DNA of 62,891 nt, the filler included, from Nemertoderma westbladi (taxonomy: Eukaryota > Animalia > Xenacoelomorpha): the NCBI GenBank assembly GCA_032718475.1. It is 5 parts of 5 records of this genome, joined end to end, with 100 filler letters (N's around TTAATTAATTAA, not from the genome) between each part and the next. Parts side by side here need not be neighbours in the genome. Positions count along the whole stretch, not along the records: positions 1 to 13,165 come from JAUCBJ010002833.1; 4 more parts are not named here. One strand, given 5' to 3'. Each line of letters begins with the position of its first letter. Position 1 is the stretch's first letter. A program made the position numbers and the translations under genes. Below are positions 1 through 11,784 of the stretch, piece by piece. The notes beneath the pieces were generated by a model that saw only the letters and a program-made list of their open reading frames with translations, did no database searches and had not been told where the DNA came from.

Positions 1-410
1 AATCAAAACAATTAGTCAATAAACATTAACTCAATAACATAATAGGTTACAGTTTACATTAGTCTTATTTTTGCCATACGAAAATACCACAGGTATGGCA
101 GTATGGGTATGAATGAACTATACAGCTATAAACTCAACTACCGGTACGCTACCGCGGTATACACCGCTAAGGCAGTAAGGCTACCGCAAAGCTATAGCCT
201 ACCACTAACCGCAAAAAGTAACTACTAATGTCTGACTGTACGTGTGCGATCCCTGTTTATATAATACATATAATAATTAATTTGATCATTAAAATAATGT
301 TGCATTGTAATTATGTAATATATATGTACTGATACGGGATGCAGTTTGATTTAAATACCGATATACAGTATGGCAGCATGGGTACACTTGGAGTGGGTCC
401 GTCTAAAAGC

Positions 411-647
411 CACATCGGACCCAATTGGTACCACATCGGACCAAATCGGTACCACATCGGGCCCAATCGGTACCACATCGGACCAAATCGGTACCACATC
501 GGTCCTAATGGGTACCACATCGGACCCAATCGGTACCACATCGGACCCAAACGGTACCTCATCGGAACCAATCGGTACCACATCGGACCCAATCATGGTA
601 CCACATCGGCCCAATCGGTACCACATCGGACCCAATCGGTACCACAC
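411..647 (+). repeat. 21-bp subterminal tandem repeat (CACATCGGACCCAATCGGTAC)n
   Basis: About 11 units read directly. This is the source of the spurious HIGPNRY ORFs. Confidence 0.9.
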
Positions 648-1122
648 CGTTCTCAAAAAGGTTCCAAGCCAGACTCAAAAGGTACCAGCCCGGACCAAAG
701 CTACTGGTCGCAATCAGCACCGATGTGGCTCCGATGTGGCACCAATTTGGTCCGAATTGGTAGTGATTTTCTTATTATTTTGGTTAATGCAACATACATG
801 TAACTGTAAGCGTAACGTGTTATTTTACTTTAGTTTGTTTTATTTATTTATGTTTATTAATTTGGCATAATGATATAATGTAATACCAAAAAAAATACCA
901 ACATCTAGGAGGAGAAGAGTGTTTTGTACGCTTGATGACAATTGAATTCCCAATAGACTGTATGGTTTAAGAATTCCATGGAGTTTTATCACCGAACATC
1001 TAATTGTCAATCGAAAGATACATTATTGTAGTAACACGATATGCGATCCGAGGATTCAATCATGCAACATATTCTTCCACCAATCGGAATGGACTGTGGA
1101 GTCGTCTGGGATCTCTGGACCA

Positions 1123-1619
1123 TGTGCGGTACCGATTAGGTCTGACTGGGTCTGATGTGGTAGCGATTAGGTTCGATGTGAACCCGATTGGGTCCGATGT
1201 GGTACCGATTTGGTCTGATGTGGTACCCATTTGGTCCAATGTGGTACCCATTTGGTCCGATGTGGTACCGATTGGGTCCGATGTGGTACCGATTGGTCCG
1301 ATGTGGTACCGATTTGGTCCGATGTGGTACCGATTTGGTCCGATGTGGTACCGATTGGGTCCGATGTGGTACCGATTGGGTCCGATGTGGTACCGATTGG
1401 GTCCGATGTCGTACCCATTAGGTCCGATGTGGTACCGATTTGGTCCGATGTGGTACCGATTGGTTCCGATGTGGTACCGATTTGGTCCGATGTGGTACCG
1501 ATTGGGTCCGATGTGGTACCGATTGGGTCCGATGTGGTACCGATTGGGTCCGATTTCGTACCCATTAGGTCCGATGTGGTACCGATTTGGTCCGATGTGG
1601 TACCGATTGGGACCGATGT
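1123..1619 (-). repeat. Same 21-bp repeat, inverted orientation, over 20 units
   Basis: (GATGTGGTACCGATTGGGTCC)n is the reverse complement of the 411-647 unit. Confidence 0.9.
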
Positions 1620-1752
1620 ATGAACGTTGTTAACGTTTAAAGTTGGAACATAACCAGATAACAGAACATCAGAATAACAGCATCAAAGGCTTCACTAACT
1701 CTCAGCCAAAGGTGTGGTACTACATATTTGCTCAGCTCAAAATTATTCAGAT

Positions 1753-2000
1753 AGGGGGGGGGGGGGGGGGGTGGGGGAACTGGACGCAATAAACATTCCT
1801 CCCTCTCCAGGGGAAATTCGACGCAAATAACAGATGATTAATATCAAAAATAATAATTGTGTTTAGTTTATTGTTTTGGTTAATATAACGTGCCACTGCA
1901 ACCTGCTCCTTTCCCTAAATTGAGAATTTAACATTGAGGCGGGATATTAATTCGCCAAGATGGGATTTGCGTCCAGTCCCCCCCCCCCCCCCCCCCCCCC
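1753..2000. mobile_element. Small inverted-repeat element with poly-G / poly-C ends nested in the foldback element
   Basis: G-run+AACTGGACGCAA at left; TTGCGTCCAGT+C-run at right. Confidence 0.55.
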
Positions 2001-3927
2001 GTTTCTAATTATTTCAAACAATGCATTGATAACGTTTTCTCTTTCAAACTTCTTGCCTTCTAGCGGCAGACTGGAGAACTGAAGATTGTCTCTAGTGCAT
2101 GTGTTATATATCAGTATATAGTACAGTATAGTATAGTATAATTATACAAATACAATAACTGCCAAGCCCATTGTGTATACCTGAAGACGGGTACTGTACT
2201 GTATAAGTAGGGGCAATAGTCTCTCAGTCTCTGCATTAGATATTCTAGTATCTAGTACCTACTGCAGTGCAGTACCGGTTACCAGCCTGACCTGTTGTCA
2301 GAAAGACTAACAATTACTGATACGAGTTTGGTCAGTTGGTGCTGGAACTTGTTATTTACATCCTAAATTGCCAATTTGTGGCCGATGTGGCTCCGATGTG
2401 GCCCCGATGTGGTCCGATGTGGCCCCGATGTGGTCCGATTTGGTCCGATGTGGTACCGATTGGGTCCGATGTGGCTTTTAGACGGACCCCTTGGAGTTGT
2501 ACTAAAGTCCAATATTGGACTTTGGAGTCCAAAATTGGACTTGAAGTCTAAAATTGGACTTGAAGTCCAATTTTTGACTTCTCACCGACTGGCAGTGCAG
2601 TCTGGCAGGCAGGAGTACCGGTACCCCAGGCAGCCAGGCTGCAAACCACCACTGAACCGCGCACAACACCTACGCACAACTTGCAACTGCACAATTTTTC
2701 AGCCGCGCGATATTGGACAATAGCTACACCGCACTGCCGCACATGCAGTTGAGTTAGGTACAATGGCCAAATCTGGCAATGATTGTGATTGCCATATTTG
2801 GCAACCAAGCAAAATCTGGCAACATTTCTGATTGCCTGATTTGGCAACTATCAGGTCGGTGAGAAGTCAAAAATTGGACTTGAGTCCAAAATTGGACTTC
2901 GACTCCAGTTCAAGTCCAAAATTGGACTTCTGTGAGTCCAATATTGGACTTCAAATCAGCCAATTGTTCCAGGGCCTTGGGTAATAGGATCGGGCGGGAT
3001 TTTTTTTCTTTAATCGAAAATATATCAAAAAATAAGAGTTTTGAACAGGGGGACCTGAAATTCACCAGGGGGAACTTTTTTTATAAGGCTTTGAATTTTT
3101 ACAAAAGTCCAATATTGGACTTTAAGTCCAATTTTGGACGTGACATTGAGAATCGAACTTAAAGGTACATGAAGCATGACAGATGAGAGACAGCCAGACA
3201 GCTGTTAAGTTATGGAAAGTTACCTTTGCAGCTCTGTATGTATCTTCAGTGTACTGACTGTACTGTACTTAGAATATAATGGTACATTCTAGCATTCTTT
3301 CTAGGTACTTTGTACTTTACTTTTAGCATATTGTATTATTACATAGTTCACAATTTACATTCATGTTATGTCTAACCTTACAGCCTTAGTATGTACCCAG
3401 GACTTTATAGTGTCTTTAGGACTAGATTAGATTATGCTCCAACAAATATTTAATTACAAATTATATTTGGTGGATACTGGTAGCAATGCCAGGTTAGCCA
3501 ACTGCAGCTGCTGCTAAGGCTAACTACAGTACAAGCTACGATTTCGTCTAAGGCTATGGGAGCCCTATCAGAAAGAAATACTACAAGTTGATGCTACCAC
3601 CATCTCTTCTAATTTTTCCATACAACAGGAAGGGTATTATAAAACAGCTGGATAACAGGATAATGAAATGGGATTAGTAACTGATTAACGCGTTGGGGTC
3701 TCCACATAATAAGTACAGAAGTAACAAGTAACACACGTCATAATCATAAACCAATTGAGGGAAAGGAACAGGTTACAGAGGCAGGCTTTTCTAACTAAAA
3801 CAATAAACGGCCACTTTTGACTTTACCAATTGTAAGGAGCCCTATATCCTCACCACATACTACTACTACAATCGGCATGATTCATTGCAGCCGCATTATA
3901 TATATAGCAGTATAGGCCCTATTATGT

Positions 3928-4314
3928 ATTAAGAATGCTGTGCCGGCTTGTTGACAAAAGTGCGCCTCCACAACTCCCTTACACTCTTACAGCCTTATCA
4001 CCCATGACATTTGCTAGATCATCCGCCAGTCCGCATCTTCAAGGCCAGTGTCCTTTAAGACAGCAAGAAAGATGCGTCTCAAGAAAGTCATGGGCTGTCC
4101 ACCATGCTTATTCACTCCATGAGGTGCACTGGCTGGTCCTCACGGCTTAAAGCGATGTCCTGCAAAGCGGAGGCGGCTTTGTTCTAGTGTCAAGCTTGGG
4201 GGAACCAATGACTGAATGAGACACCTCCAACTTCAATGTTATATAGTGTCTGGTTGGAGATGCAGAGATGTGTACATCAGTACATTGTACTTTGACACAG
4301 TCAGACAGTGAACC
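3928..4314 (-). pseudogene. Decayed 3' fragment of the RTE-type LINE also found at 54456 and 58388
   Basis: Colinear with 58436-58760 (AAGAATGCTGTGCCGGCTTG...CAAGCTTGGGGGAACCAATG), with many short insertions. Confidence 0.85.
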
Positions 4315-4315
4315 T

Positions 4316-6166
4316 AATCAGAACAATTAGTCAATAAACATTAACTCGATAACATAATAGGTTACAGTTTACAGTAGTCTTATTTTTGCCATACGAAAAT
4401 ACCACAGGTATGGCAGTATGGGTATGAATGAACTATACAGCTATAACTCAACTACGCTACCGCGGTATACACCGCTAAGGCAGTAAGGCTACCGCAAAGC
4501 TATACCACTACCGCAAAAAGTACAGTAACGCTTTCAAATAACGTCCTATTGGATCCTAATAGGATCCTAATAGGAAATAAATAACCTTTAGGAAATCACT
4601 TTGAATTTGCCTAATGCAAGTCTACCTAGAGCGGCTAAATATCAAAGCTTAGAAGTGTCTGTCAATCAACCTCCCGGGATAGCTGAAAGTAGTAAAGAGA
4701 GCCGCTTTGTCTAGTGGTTGTGTTGTATTTCCCTTCCCCTGACTTATCTTACAACAACGATACTCCCCATAGGCTAATGTTAAATATGCAAAGTACACAC
4801 TACTGGCTTTAACTCAACATCTGGACACATTAACTACCATACAGTAAAGGTATCGCCGCTTGTGTAAAATAGGCCCGCCAACACGTTAAGTGAGCCTCAA
4901 CAAGTAGTTGGGCTGCTAAAGCGTAATCTGATTGTAATCGGACGTCAAACTTTTAATAATTTTATTTACTTATTGTGCGAACTTTATAGATCTGGCAATT
5001 TTACCATTTCCATGGTATAATAAATATAATTTATAATTAATATTAATATCAATATGCCAAGAGGTTAAGTTTGTTACAAACCGCCACTAAACTCATAAGG
5101 GTCTGTTAATTCCTGTAGGATGTTATGTCATTTATTTTTCGTAGTGGTAGCGATACGGATTGTGACATGTTGCGGAATCTGCTTGGAGAGTGTAATGTGC
5201 TTTGTGGGTGTAGCAAATATAGCATTCAATATTACATACATTTATTTAGTCGCCCAGTTTTAGCCCCTGTCTAATTATTAATTAAACTAATAAATGAAAA
5301 TAAACTAATATTTATTCTATTAATAATTACACAAACATTACACAAACACAAACTCTTTATTACTCTAAATATGTTCAATAGTAATAAATACACTGTGTGA
5401 TCCTACATTTATTTGTAAGTTCAATACGATTTTAAATTATTCCAGAGCCCACCAGCAGCCCACGGACGTTAACTATGTGCGGATGTGTGTGGATTTCATC
5501 TATTAGAGTTCATATTTTAAATATTATTTAGGTCAGAAGCTGGCAATACAAGGTACAGTAGGAGGAGTGTAATCTTCCATCGATATCAATACCTCTATGT
5601 AATGAACTGAACACTACGCAAACTTTAGGCTGAGTCTAGTCCATTCTATACATCTTAATGATTGACAGGAAAGAGAAGAAGTAGACCAGCACAAGCATAG
5701 TCTGAGTCAGTCCACCTTCCAGACATCAAAGTAAGCGCCGATTTCCAAGTAAATTCCTAATGAAATCCAAGTCAAATCCTAAGTGCCTCCAAGTCTGGAA
5801 TTTGGGCTAAATTTCATTTCCAATTAAATCCTAACTCCAATAGTAGTGAATCAGTGACTTGGATCCTAATAGGATCCTATTAGGAACCAATACGACGTTA
5901 TTTGAAAGCGGTACTGTAACTACTAATGTCTGACTGTACGTGTGCGATCCCTGTTTATAATACATATAATAATTAATTTGATCATTAAAATAATGTTGCA
6001 TTGTAATTATGTAATATATATGTACTGATACGGGATGCAGTTTCGATTTAAATACCGATATACAGTATGGCAGCATGGGTACACTTGGAGTTGTACTAAA
6101 GTCCAATATTGGACTTTGGAGTCCAAAATTGGACTTGAAGTCCAATTTTTGACTTCTCACCGACTG
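4316..6166. repeat. Copy B of the 1-2591 repeat; interrupted by the 4523-5916 element
   Basis: Direct near-identity to 1-394 and 2498-2591. Confidence 0.8.
4523..5916. mobile_element. Non-autonomous Tc1/mariner-type element, TA target duplication
   Basis: TIRs CAGTAACGCTTTCAAATAACGTC / GACGTTATTTGAAAGCGGTACTG flanked by TA. The empty site AAAAAGTAACTACTAATG is at ~213-230. Confidence 0.85.
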
Positions 6167-6874
6167 TTTATTAAAAAATAAATAAAGTACTGTATGATTA
6201 TCGTTCGCCAATCGCCCATAACCAATCATACTGCAGGTCTAATTAATTTCAGAATTTCATAATTCAGTAATTTATCTGTTTATAGATTTACGAATTTTCA
6301 ATTTAAAATTTAAGTAATTAATTTATCACGGACAGACGGCCTGACGCTGACGGCTAAAAATTACCTACAGTACCTAACTCACTAACTGTCTAATTGTGGT
6401 AGATATGTGTACTGTATGTAGCCTACCGTACGTGTACCAGTCTGCCAGTATTGCAGTCTGCAGTACACAGGTACAGTATACCTGTATACTGGCATGACAG
6501 CAGTAAATAGTAAATGGCTGCAGTGGTACAGTGTACAATCATAGCATTTACAATTTTTTACAGTCAGACAGTAGGGCCTATCTGTAATAGTCTGCTAGTC
6601 AGCCAGCTGGCCAGTACCAGTACTGCAGTACAGTCAACAGTCAGTCAGTCATTGACTTTAAGTAATTAATACTGCAGTATTATGCTGGACTGCTGGATAC
6701 TGAAGTTGAACTACAGTCTGACAGTACTTATAGTGTAAATAATTGTTCAGATTAGAATATGCGCGAAATATAATACTTTATTAAAAAAATAACTCCGGCA
6801 ATATGTTTACCGGAGCAGGAGCCGGAGGTGCCAAAATGGCCGGAGCCGGAGGCCGGAGCTCCGATCGAGCCCTA
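6167..6874. mobile_element. Partial hAT-like MITE (right end ...CTCCGATCGAGCCCTA)
   Basis: CCGGAG subterminal repeats and a CCCTA terminus. 6167-6383 duplicates 7141-7327. Confidence 0.6.
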
Positions 6875-7044
6875 CTCTTTACCGATGGAATAAAAACTTT
6901 CACCGTCGGGAATACTTTTTTTAAAAAAATTTTAAGTGATTACATTTGCAAATTAGCTGAAATACTACGGGAATTGATTAGATGTATTAAATTACCACTG
7001 AATGCCATAATTATTATACAATGGAATACCAGTAATGCAGTAAT

Positions 7045-7327
7045 TAGGGCTCGATCGGAGTTGGGATTTGGCCGGAGCCGGAGTTTGACAATTTGGCCGG
7101 AGCCGGAGCAGGAGCCGGAGTTTTTCAAAAAATTTAATTATTTATTTAAAAAAAATAAAGTATAGTTATTGTTCGCCAATCGCTCATAATCAATCATACT
7201 GTAGGTCTAATTAATTTCATAATTTATAGATTTACGAATTTTCAATTTAAAATTTAAGTAATTAATTTACCACGGACAGACGGCCTGACGCTGACGGCTA
7301 AAAATTACCTACAGTACCTAACTCACT
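7045..7327. mobile_element. Partial hAT-like MITE (left end TAGGGCTCGATCGGAG), truncated by the 41-bp array
   Basis: The terminus is the reverse complement of the 6874 end. CCGGAG repeats are present. Confidence 0.6.
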
Positions 7328-8975
7328 CTCTCGTCTCACTTACCTGTAAGATGTTCTCAGTCCGTATTCTCTCGTCTCACTTATCTGTAAGATGTTCTCG
7401 GTCCGTATTCTCTCGTCTCACTTTCACTTACCTGTAAGATGTTCTCAGTCCGTATTCTCTCGTCTCACTTACCTGTAAGATGTTCTCAGTCCGTATTCTC
7501 TCGTCTCACTTTCACTTACCTGTAAGATGTTCTCAGTCCGTATTCTCTCGTCTCACTTTCACTTACCTGTAAGATGTTCTCAGTCCGTATTCTCTCGTGT
7601 CACTTACCTGTAAGATGTTCTCAGTCCGTATTCTCTCGTCTCACTTTCACTTACCTGTAAGATGTTCTCAGTCCGTATTCTCTCGTCTCACTTACCTGTA
7701 AGATGTTCTCAGTCCGCATTCTCTCGTCTCACTTTCACTTACCTGTAAGATGTTCTCAGTCCATATTCTCTCGTGTCACTTACCTGCAAGATGTTCTCAG
7801 TCCGTATTCTCTCGTTTCACTTACCTGTAAGATGTTCTCAGTCCGTATTCTCTCGTCTCACTTACCTGTAAGATGTTCTCAGTCCGTATTCTATCGTCTC
7901 ACTTTCACTTAAACCTGTAAGATGTTCTCAGTCCGTATTCTCTCGTTTCACTTACCTGTAAGATGTTCTCAGTCCGTATTCTCTCGTCTCACTTACCTGT
8001 AAGATGTTCTCAGTCCGTATTCTCTCGTGTCACTTACCTGTAAGATGTTCTCAGTCCGTATTCTCTCGTCTCACTTACCTGTAAGATGTTCTCAGTCCGT
8101 ATTCTCTCGTCTCACTTACCTGTAAGATGTTCTCAGTCCGTATTCTCTCGTTTCACTTACATGTAAGATGTTCTCAGTCCGTATTCTCTCGTTTCACTTA
8201 CCTGTAAGATGTTCTCAGTCCGTATTCTCTCGTCTCACTTACCTGTAAGATGTTCTCAGTCCGTATTCTCTCGTCTCACTTACCTGTCAGATGTTCTCAG
8301 TCCGTATTCTCTCGTCTCACTTACCTGTAAGATGTTCTCAGTCCGTATTCTCTCGTCTCACTTTCACTTACCTGTAAGATGTTCTCAGTCCGTATTCTCT
8401 CGTCTCACTTACCTGTAAGATGTTCTCAGTCCGTATTCTCTCGTCTCACTTACCTGTAAGATGTTCCCGGTCCGTATTCTCTCGTCTCACTTTCACTAAC
8501 CTGTAAGATGTTCTCAGTCCGTATTCTCTCGTCTCACTTTCACTTACCTGTAAGATGTTCTCAGTCCGTATTCTCTCGTCTCACTTACCTGTAAGATGTT
8601 CTCGGTCCGTATTCTCTCGTCTCACTTACCTGTAAGATGTTCTCAGTCCGTATTCTCTCGTCTCACTTTCACTTACCTGTAAGATGTTCTCAGTCCGTAT
8701 TCTCTCGCCTCACTTACCTGTAAGATGTTCTCAGTCCGTATTCTCTCGTCTCACTTACCTGTAAGATGTTCTCAGTCCGTATTCTCTCGTCTCACTTTCA
8801 CATACCTGTAAGATGTTCTCAGTCCGTATTCTCAGATTCTATCGTCTCACTTACCTGTAAGATGTTCTCGGTCCGTATTATCTCGTCTCACTTACCGGTA
8901 CCTGTAAGATGTTCTTAGTCCGAATTCTCTCGTCTCACTTACCTGTAAAATGTTCTCAGTCCATATTCTCTCGTC
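7326..8975 (-). repeat. 41/47-bp tandem array made of the CWC15 exon end plus 5' splice site, about 38 units
   Basis: The minus-strand unit is GACGAGAGAATACGGACTGAGAACATCTTACAG|GTAAGTGA. The last unit on the + strand is continuous with the CWC15 ORF. Confidence 0.95.
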
Positions 8976-9428
8976 TTTCTCTTTCTTCTCTTCCTCCTGC
9001 TTTGAGCGCTCGATGGCGCGCTCGCGTTTTATTTTATTCAGTTCGGCGAGCAACGCGGCAGTGTCATCATCAGAGTCGGTATCGGAATCGTCAGAGTCGT
9101 CGACCGGGTCGTCGGCGTCCAGGTTGGAAGGGATTGAATCACCGGGTTTAATCCTTTTCGAGAAGTTTGATTCCTCGGGTTTGCTGGATCTCTTTCCAAC
9201 TCTTTCATCCGTTCGTCGCCCCTCCCTCTGCTCTAACTCTCGCCGAATTTCTCCCCTGGGTTTATTGGTTTCTGATGTTGTCGTTTGTCCCGGTTGTCGA
9301 TATTTGAGGGTTGTGTGGCCCGGTAGGTCCCTGCTCGAGTATTGTTTGGAGAGTTTGCTGAGGTCTCCTTCCCCTTTCTGCGTTCCGCCACGGGCCGGGT
9401 CGAAGGTGGGTCGGGCCGCTGTCGTCAT
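8943..9428 (-). CDS. CWC15: Spliceosome-associated protein CWC15, first coding exon (162 codons, phase-0 donor)
   Basis: [57 protein letters not shown] and ENIL motifs. Ends at CAG|GTAAGT. The expected GNPLL...RRWDDDVVFKN exon was not found in the window. Confidence 0.93.
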
Positions 9429-10849
9429 ATTGCTGTATTCAGGTATTGTAGTAGAGTACCGGAACAGGAGTAGGTCTTGGCCTATATCAGTTAGGGAGCA
9501 CTACCCAGAATGGGGGTGGACGGACACCCTGAAAGGGGGTGGACAACTGTCGTCAACTGAGCAATTTTTGACTTGAATTTGTATGTAAAATTACAAAAAT
9601 CAAGAACGAAAGTTTCGTGTTCGGTACGTTATATTGAAATTTATATCATTAGATAGAGCATATCGAAATACATATTTTGTATGTACAAAAATAAATTTCT
9701 ATGTATAGAATAAGTTTTATTAGCAATTGAAAATGATCCACCCCGTTTCGCGGTGGATAGTCACTTTATTAACAGCACACAAAAGCCAGGCGGCACTGCC
9801 TTTCAACTAGTCTGAAGAAGTGTGTAGTGGAGATAGAGATGCCTCATAATTGACAGATGCAGTTCTGGCATAGAGCTCTCTTTATACAGTTATATTTAGG
9901 CTATTGAGGTATTGAGCTGTTTAATGGATTGGCTGTGGGAGTCAATTAAATTGAACCAGTACACTTACATTACATTACATAAAATACTGCTGCTACTACC
10001 AAGACACTCCACTACTAATCAGCTAATAACCGAATAACACAAAACACCTCACCATGCAGCCATGCCCATGACTAAGAAAGAACCAAAGAGACTAAAAGAT
10101 GGACGGAATCACAAACAGACAAAACATGAGTAATAATTTGTCAAACGTTTAATTCAATATTCTTGTGAATTGTCTGACCCTAATCTTCTGCCCTTTTCTA
10201 ATTTGAATAATAGTCATATACTTTATCCAAAAAGTAAAACCGATCCAAATTTACAATCACATTTTTAAAAAAATAGTCATTTAGAAAACACTTCATCGCG
10301 TGACGGGACGGAAAAAATGACAAGGTGATGAAAGGCAGTCAATATTATTTATATTTTGTAGTTTTGATGTTTATTTGAAAATTTAATTATTTGTTTAGGT
10401 TAGCAATTTATGACCTTAGATAATTCTCCTGCTTTTATTGACGTGGTGCTCAATTAAAAGCCAATCAAGTAGCCACGACCTATATAACACCCTCACCACT
10501 ACACTACAGCATCCACCTAGCAGCCTAGTGCCGTGAACTGAAACTATTTTTTTTGGGAAGTGAAACTGGAATAAACAGCCTCATTCAAACTGAAACTAGA
10601 ACCGAAACTGAAACCATTTTTTGGGAAATTTGAACTATAATACTAATAAACAGGATTATTCGAACTAAAACTAGTCAAATAATGTTTCAGTTCTTAGCAC
10701 TACCTCCGCCGCCACCAACAACAACAAAGTACAAACATCCTGTGATCCAATGTTTATTACAAACAAACATACTGTAGTCCTACAAAATTTAATTTTATTT
10801 GGCCTACCTAGCTGTTGATTTATGCTGAGATATGTTGACATTCAAAAAT

Positions 10850-10975
10850 TGATCCATACATATGGACAGACAGACATGAACAGACATACAGACGGACAAG
10901 GTAAATATTTCCCGTACTAAAACTGTATGTTAACTTCTATTACGGATCACAGACGTCGTTGCCCCGTTTACTAGT
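10850..10975 (+). mobile_element. Possible Helitron-like 3' end
   Basis: ACAG-type microsatellite followed by a short GC-rich segment and TACTAG|T. The 5' end is not located. Confidence 0.3.
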
Positions 10976-11128
10976 TATATTATATATAAGTAAAATAGGA
11001 ATTACACGAACTTGTCGCCCGTGACGGGACGGAAATAATGTAAAATTCCGTCCCGTCACGAACATGTTATGCAGGGTCCAGTCGCAAAACTACCTTATCA
11101 TTGAGGCTCTAACTTGCTGAATATATAG

Positions 11129-11316
11129 CAGTCGGGGAGAAGAGTCTGGAAGAACATCCATAAAAACAATAAAAACACCCCTTCTGTGACATCTTGGGAT
11201 GGGACCCTTCTGCGCCTCTGCCATTTTTAGAGTTGAATTTACAACTTAAAAGTTGAATTTTAAAAAAAAAAGTTTTAAATTTCAACTCAGTTGAAATTTG
11301 AACTTCTCCCCGACTG
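11129..11316. mobile_element. Short MITE with CAGTCGGGGAGAAG / CTTCTCCCCGACTG TIRs
   Basis: 14-bp perfect TIR, related to the termini at 2591, 6166 and 29488. Confidence 0.7.
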
Positions 11317-11739
11317 TATAGTACATATTATTATGTTGTCTCAGAACTTTGTAGAGTTTCATATAAATTAAGTCTTTCATAGAAATGTAGCATTAATAAT
11401 AGTCAACCAAATAGTGACGGGACGGAAAATTACACTTTCTTTTTTAATTTACAACCATCTACAATGAAATTGATTCAAACAGTATACACTGTATACACCT
11501 GTGTTTTTTACTCTGTCACTTCCTTTTATCTACAATTTTAAATTATGTCATATAGTGATATAGTATCCTCATGTGCAGCTATTTTTTACTTAACTATCTT
11601 CATTAAAGTACTGTATAGTTATTTTTACTCAATATTGTATTTATACTGCAACGCGCGAACTTGATGCCCACACGTGTTACTTCTCACTAGGGCAGTTCAC
11701 CTTTGTGTTTTTACATGTCCTACTTATCTACTGTATATT

Positions 11740-11784
11740 GGGGATCCCCATGGAAACGAGACTCTGTCTCTTGGGGCTATCCCC
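11740..11784 (+). other. Conserved LINE 3'-UTR-type stem-loop (second instance at 25182-25225)
   Basis: GGGGAT-CCCCA-TGGAAAC-GAGAC-TCT-GTCTC-T-TGGGG-CT-ATCCCC forms three nested stems. Confidence 0.6.

Larger units (their letters stand above)
395..2489. mobile_element. Foldback-like non-autonomous DNA transposon with 8-bp TSD
   Basis: TIRs GGGTCCGTCTAAAAGCCACATCGGACCCAAT / ATTGGGTCCGATGTGGCTTTTAGACGGACCC. TSD CTTGGAGT at 387-394 and 2490-2497. The empty site GGTACACTTGGAGTTGTACT is present at ~6078-6097. Confidence 0.9.
1..2591. repeat. Copy A of a dispersed non-autonomous repeat ending in ...CTTCTCACCGACTG; interrupted by the 395-2489 element
   Basis: 1-394 plus 2498-2591 match 4316-4522 plus 5919-6166 nearly base for base. 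A reverse-oriented terminus (CAGGTCGGTGAGAAG...) starts at 2852. Confidence 0.8.

Noticed and set aside
311-1633. Repetitive ORFs (GPMWYRL, HIGPNRY, SDVVPIG)
   Set aside because: By-products of a 21-bp stop-free repeat, open in several frames on both strands inside a TIR element.
5100-5740. Exon-like AG...GT segments inside the TA element
   Set aside because: The segment I translated has stops in all three frames, and no transposase motif was recognised.
7326-8940. CRISPR-like regular repeats
   Set aside because: No unique spacers and no cas genes. The unit derives from the CWC15 exon-intron boundary.
9490-9770. Possible MITE just upstream of the CWC15 start (GGGGTGGA / TCCACCCC)
   Set aside because: The inverted match is too degenerate and there is no clear TSD.
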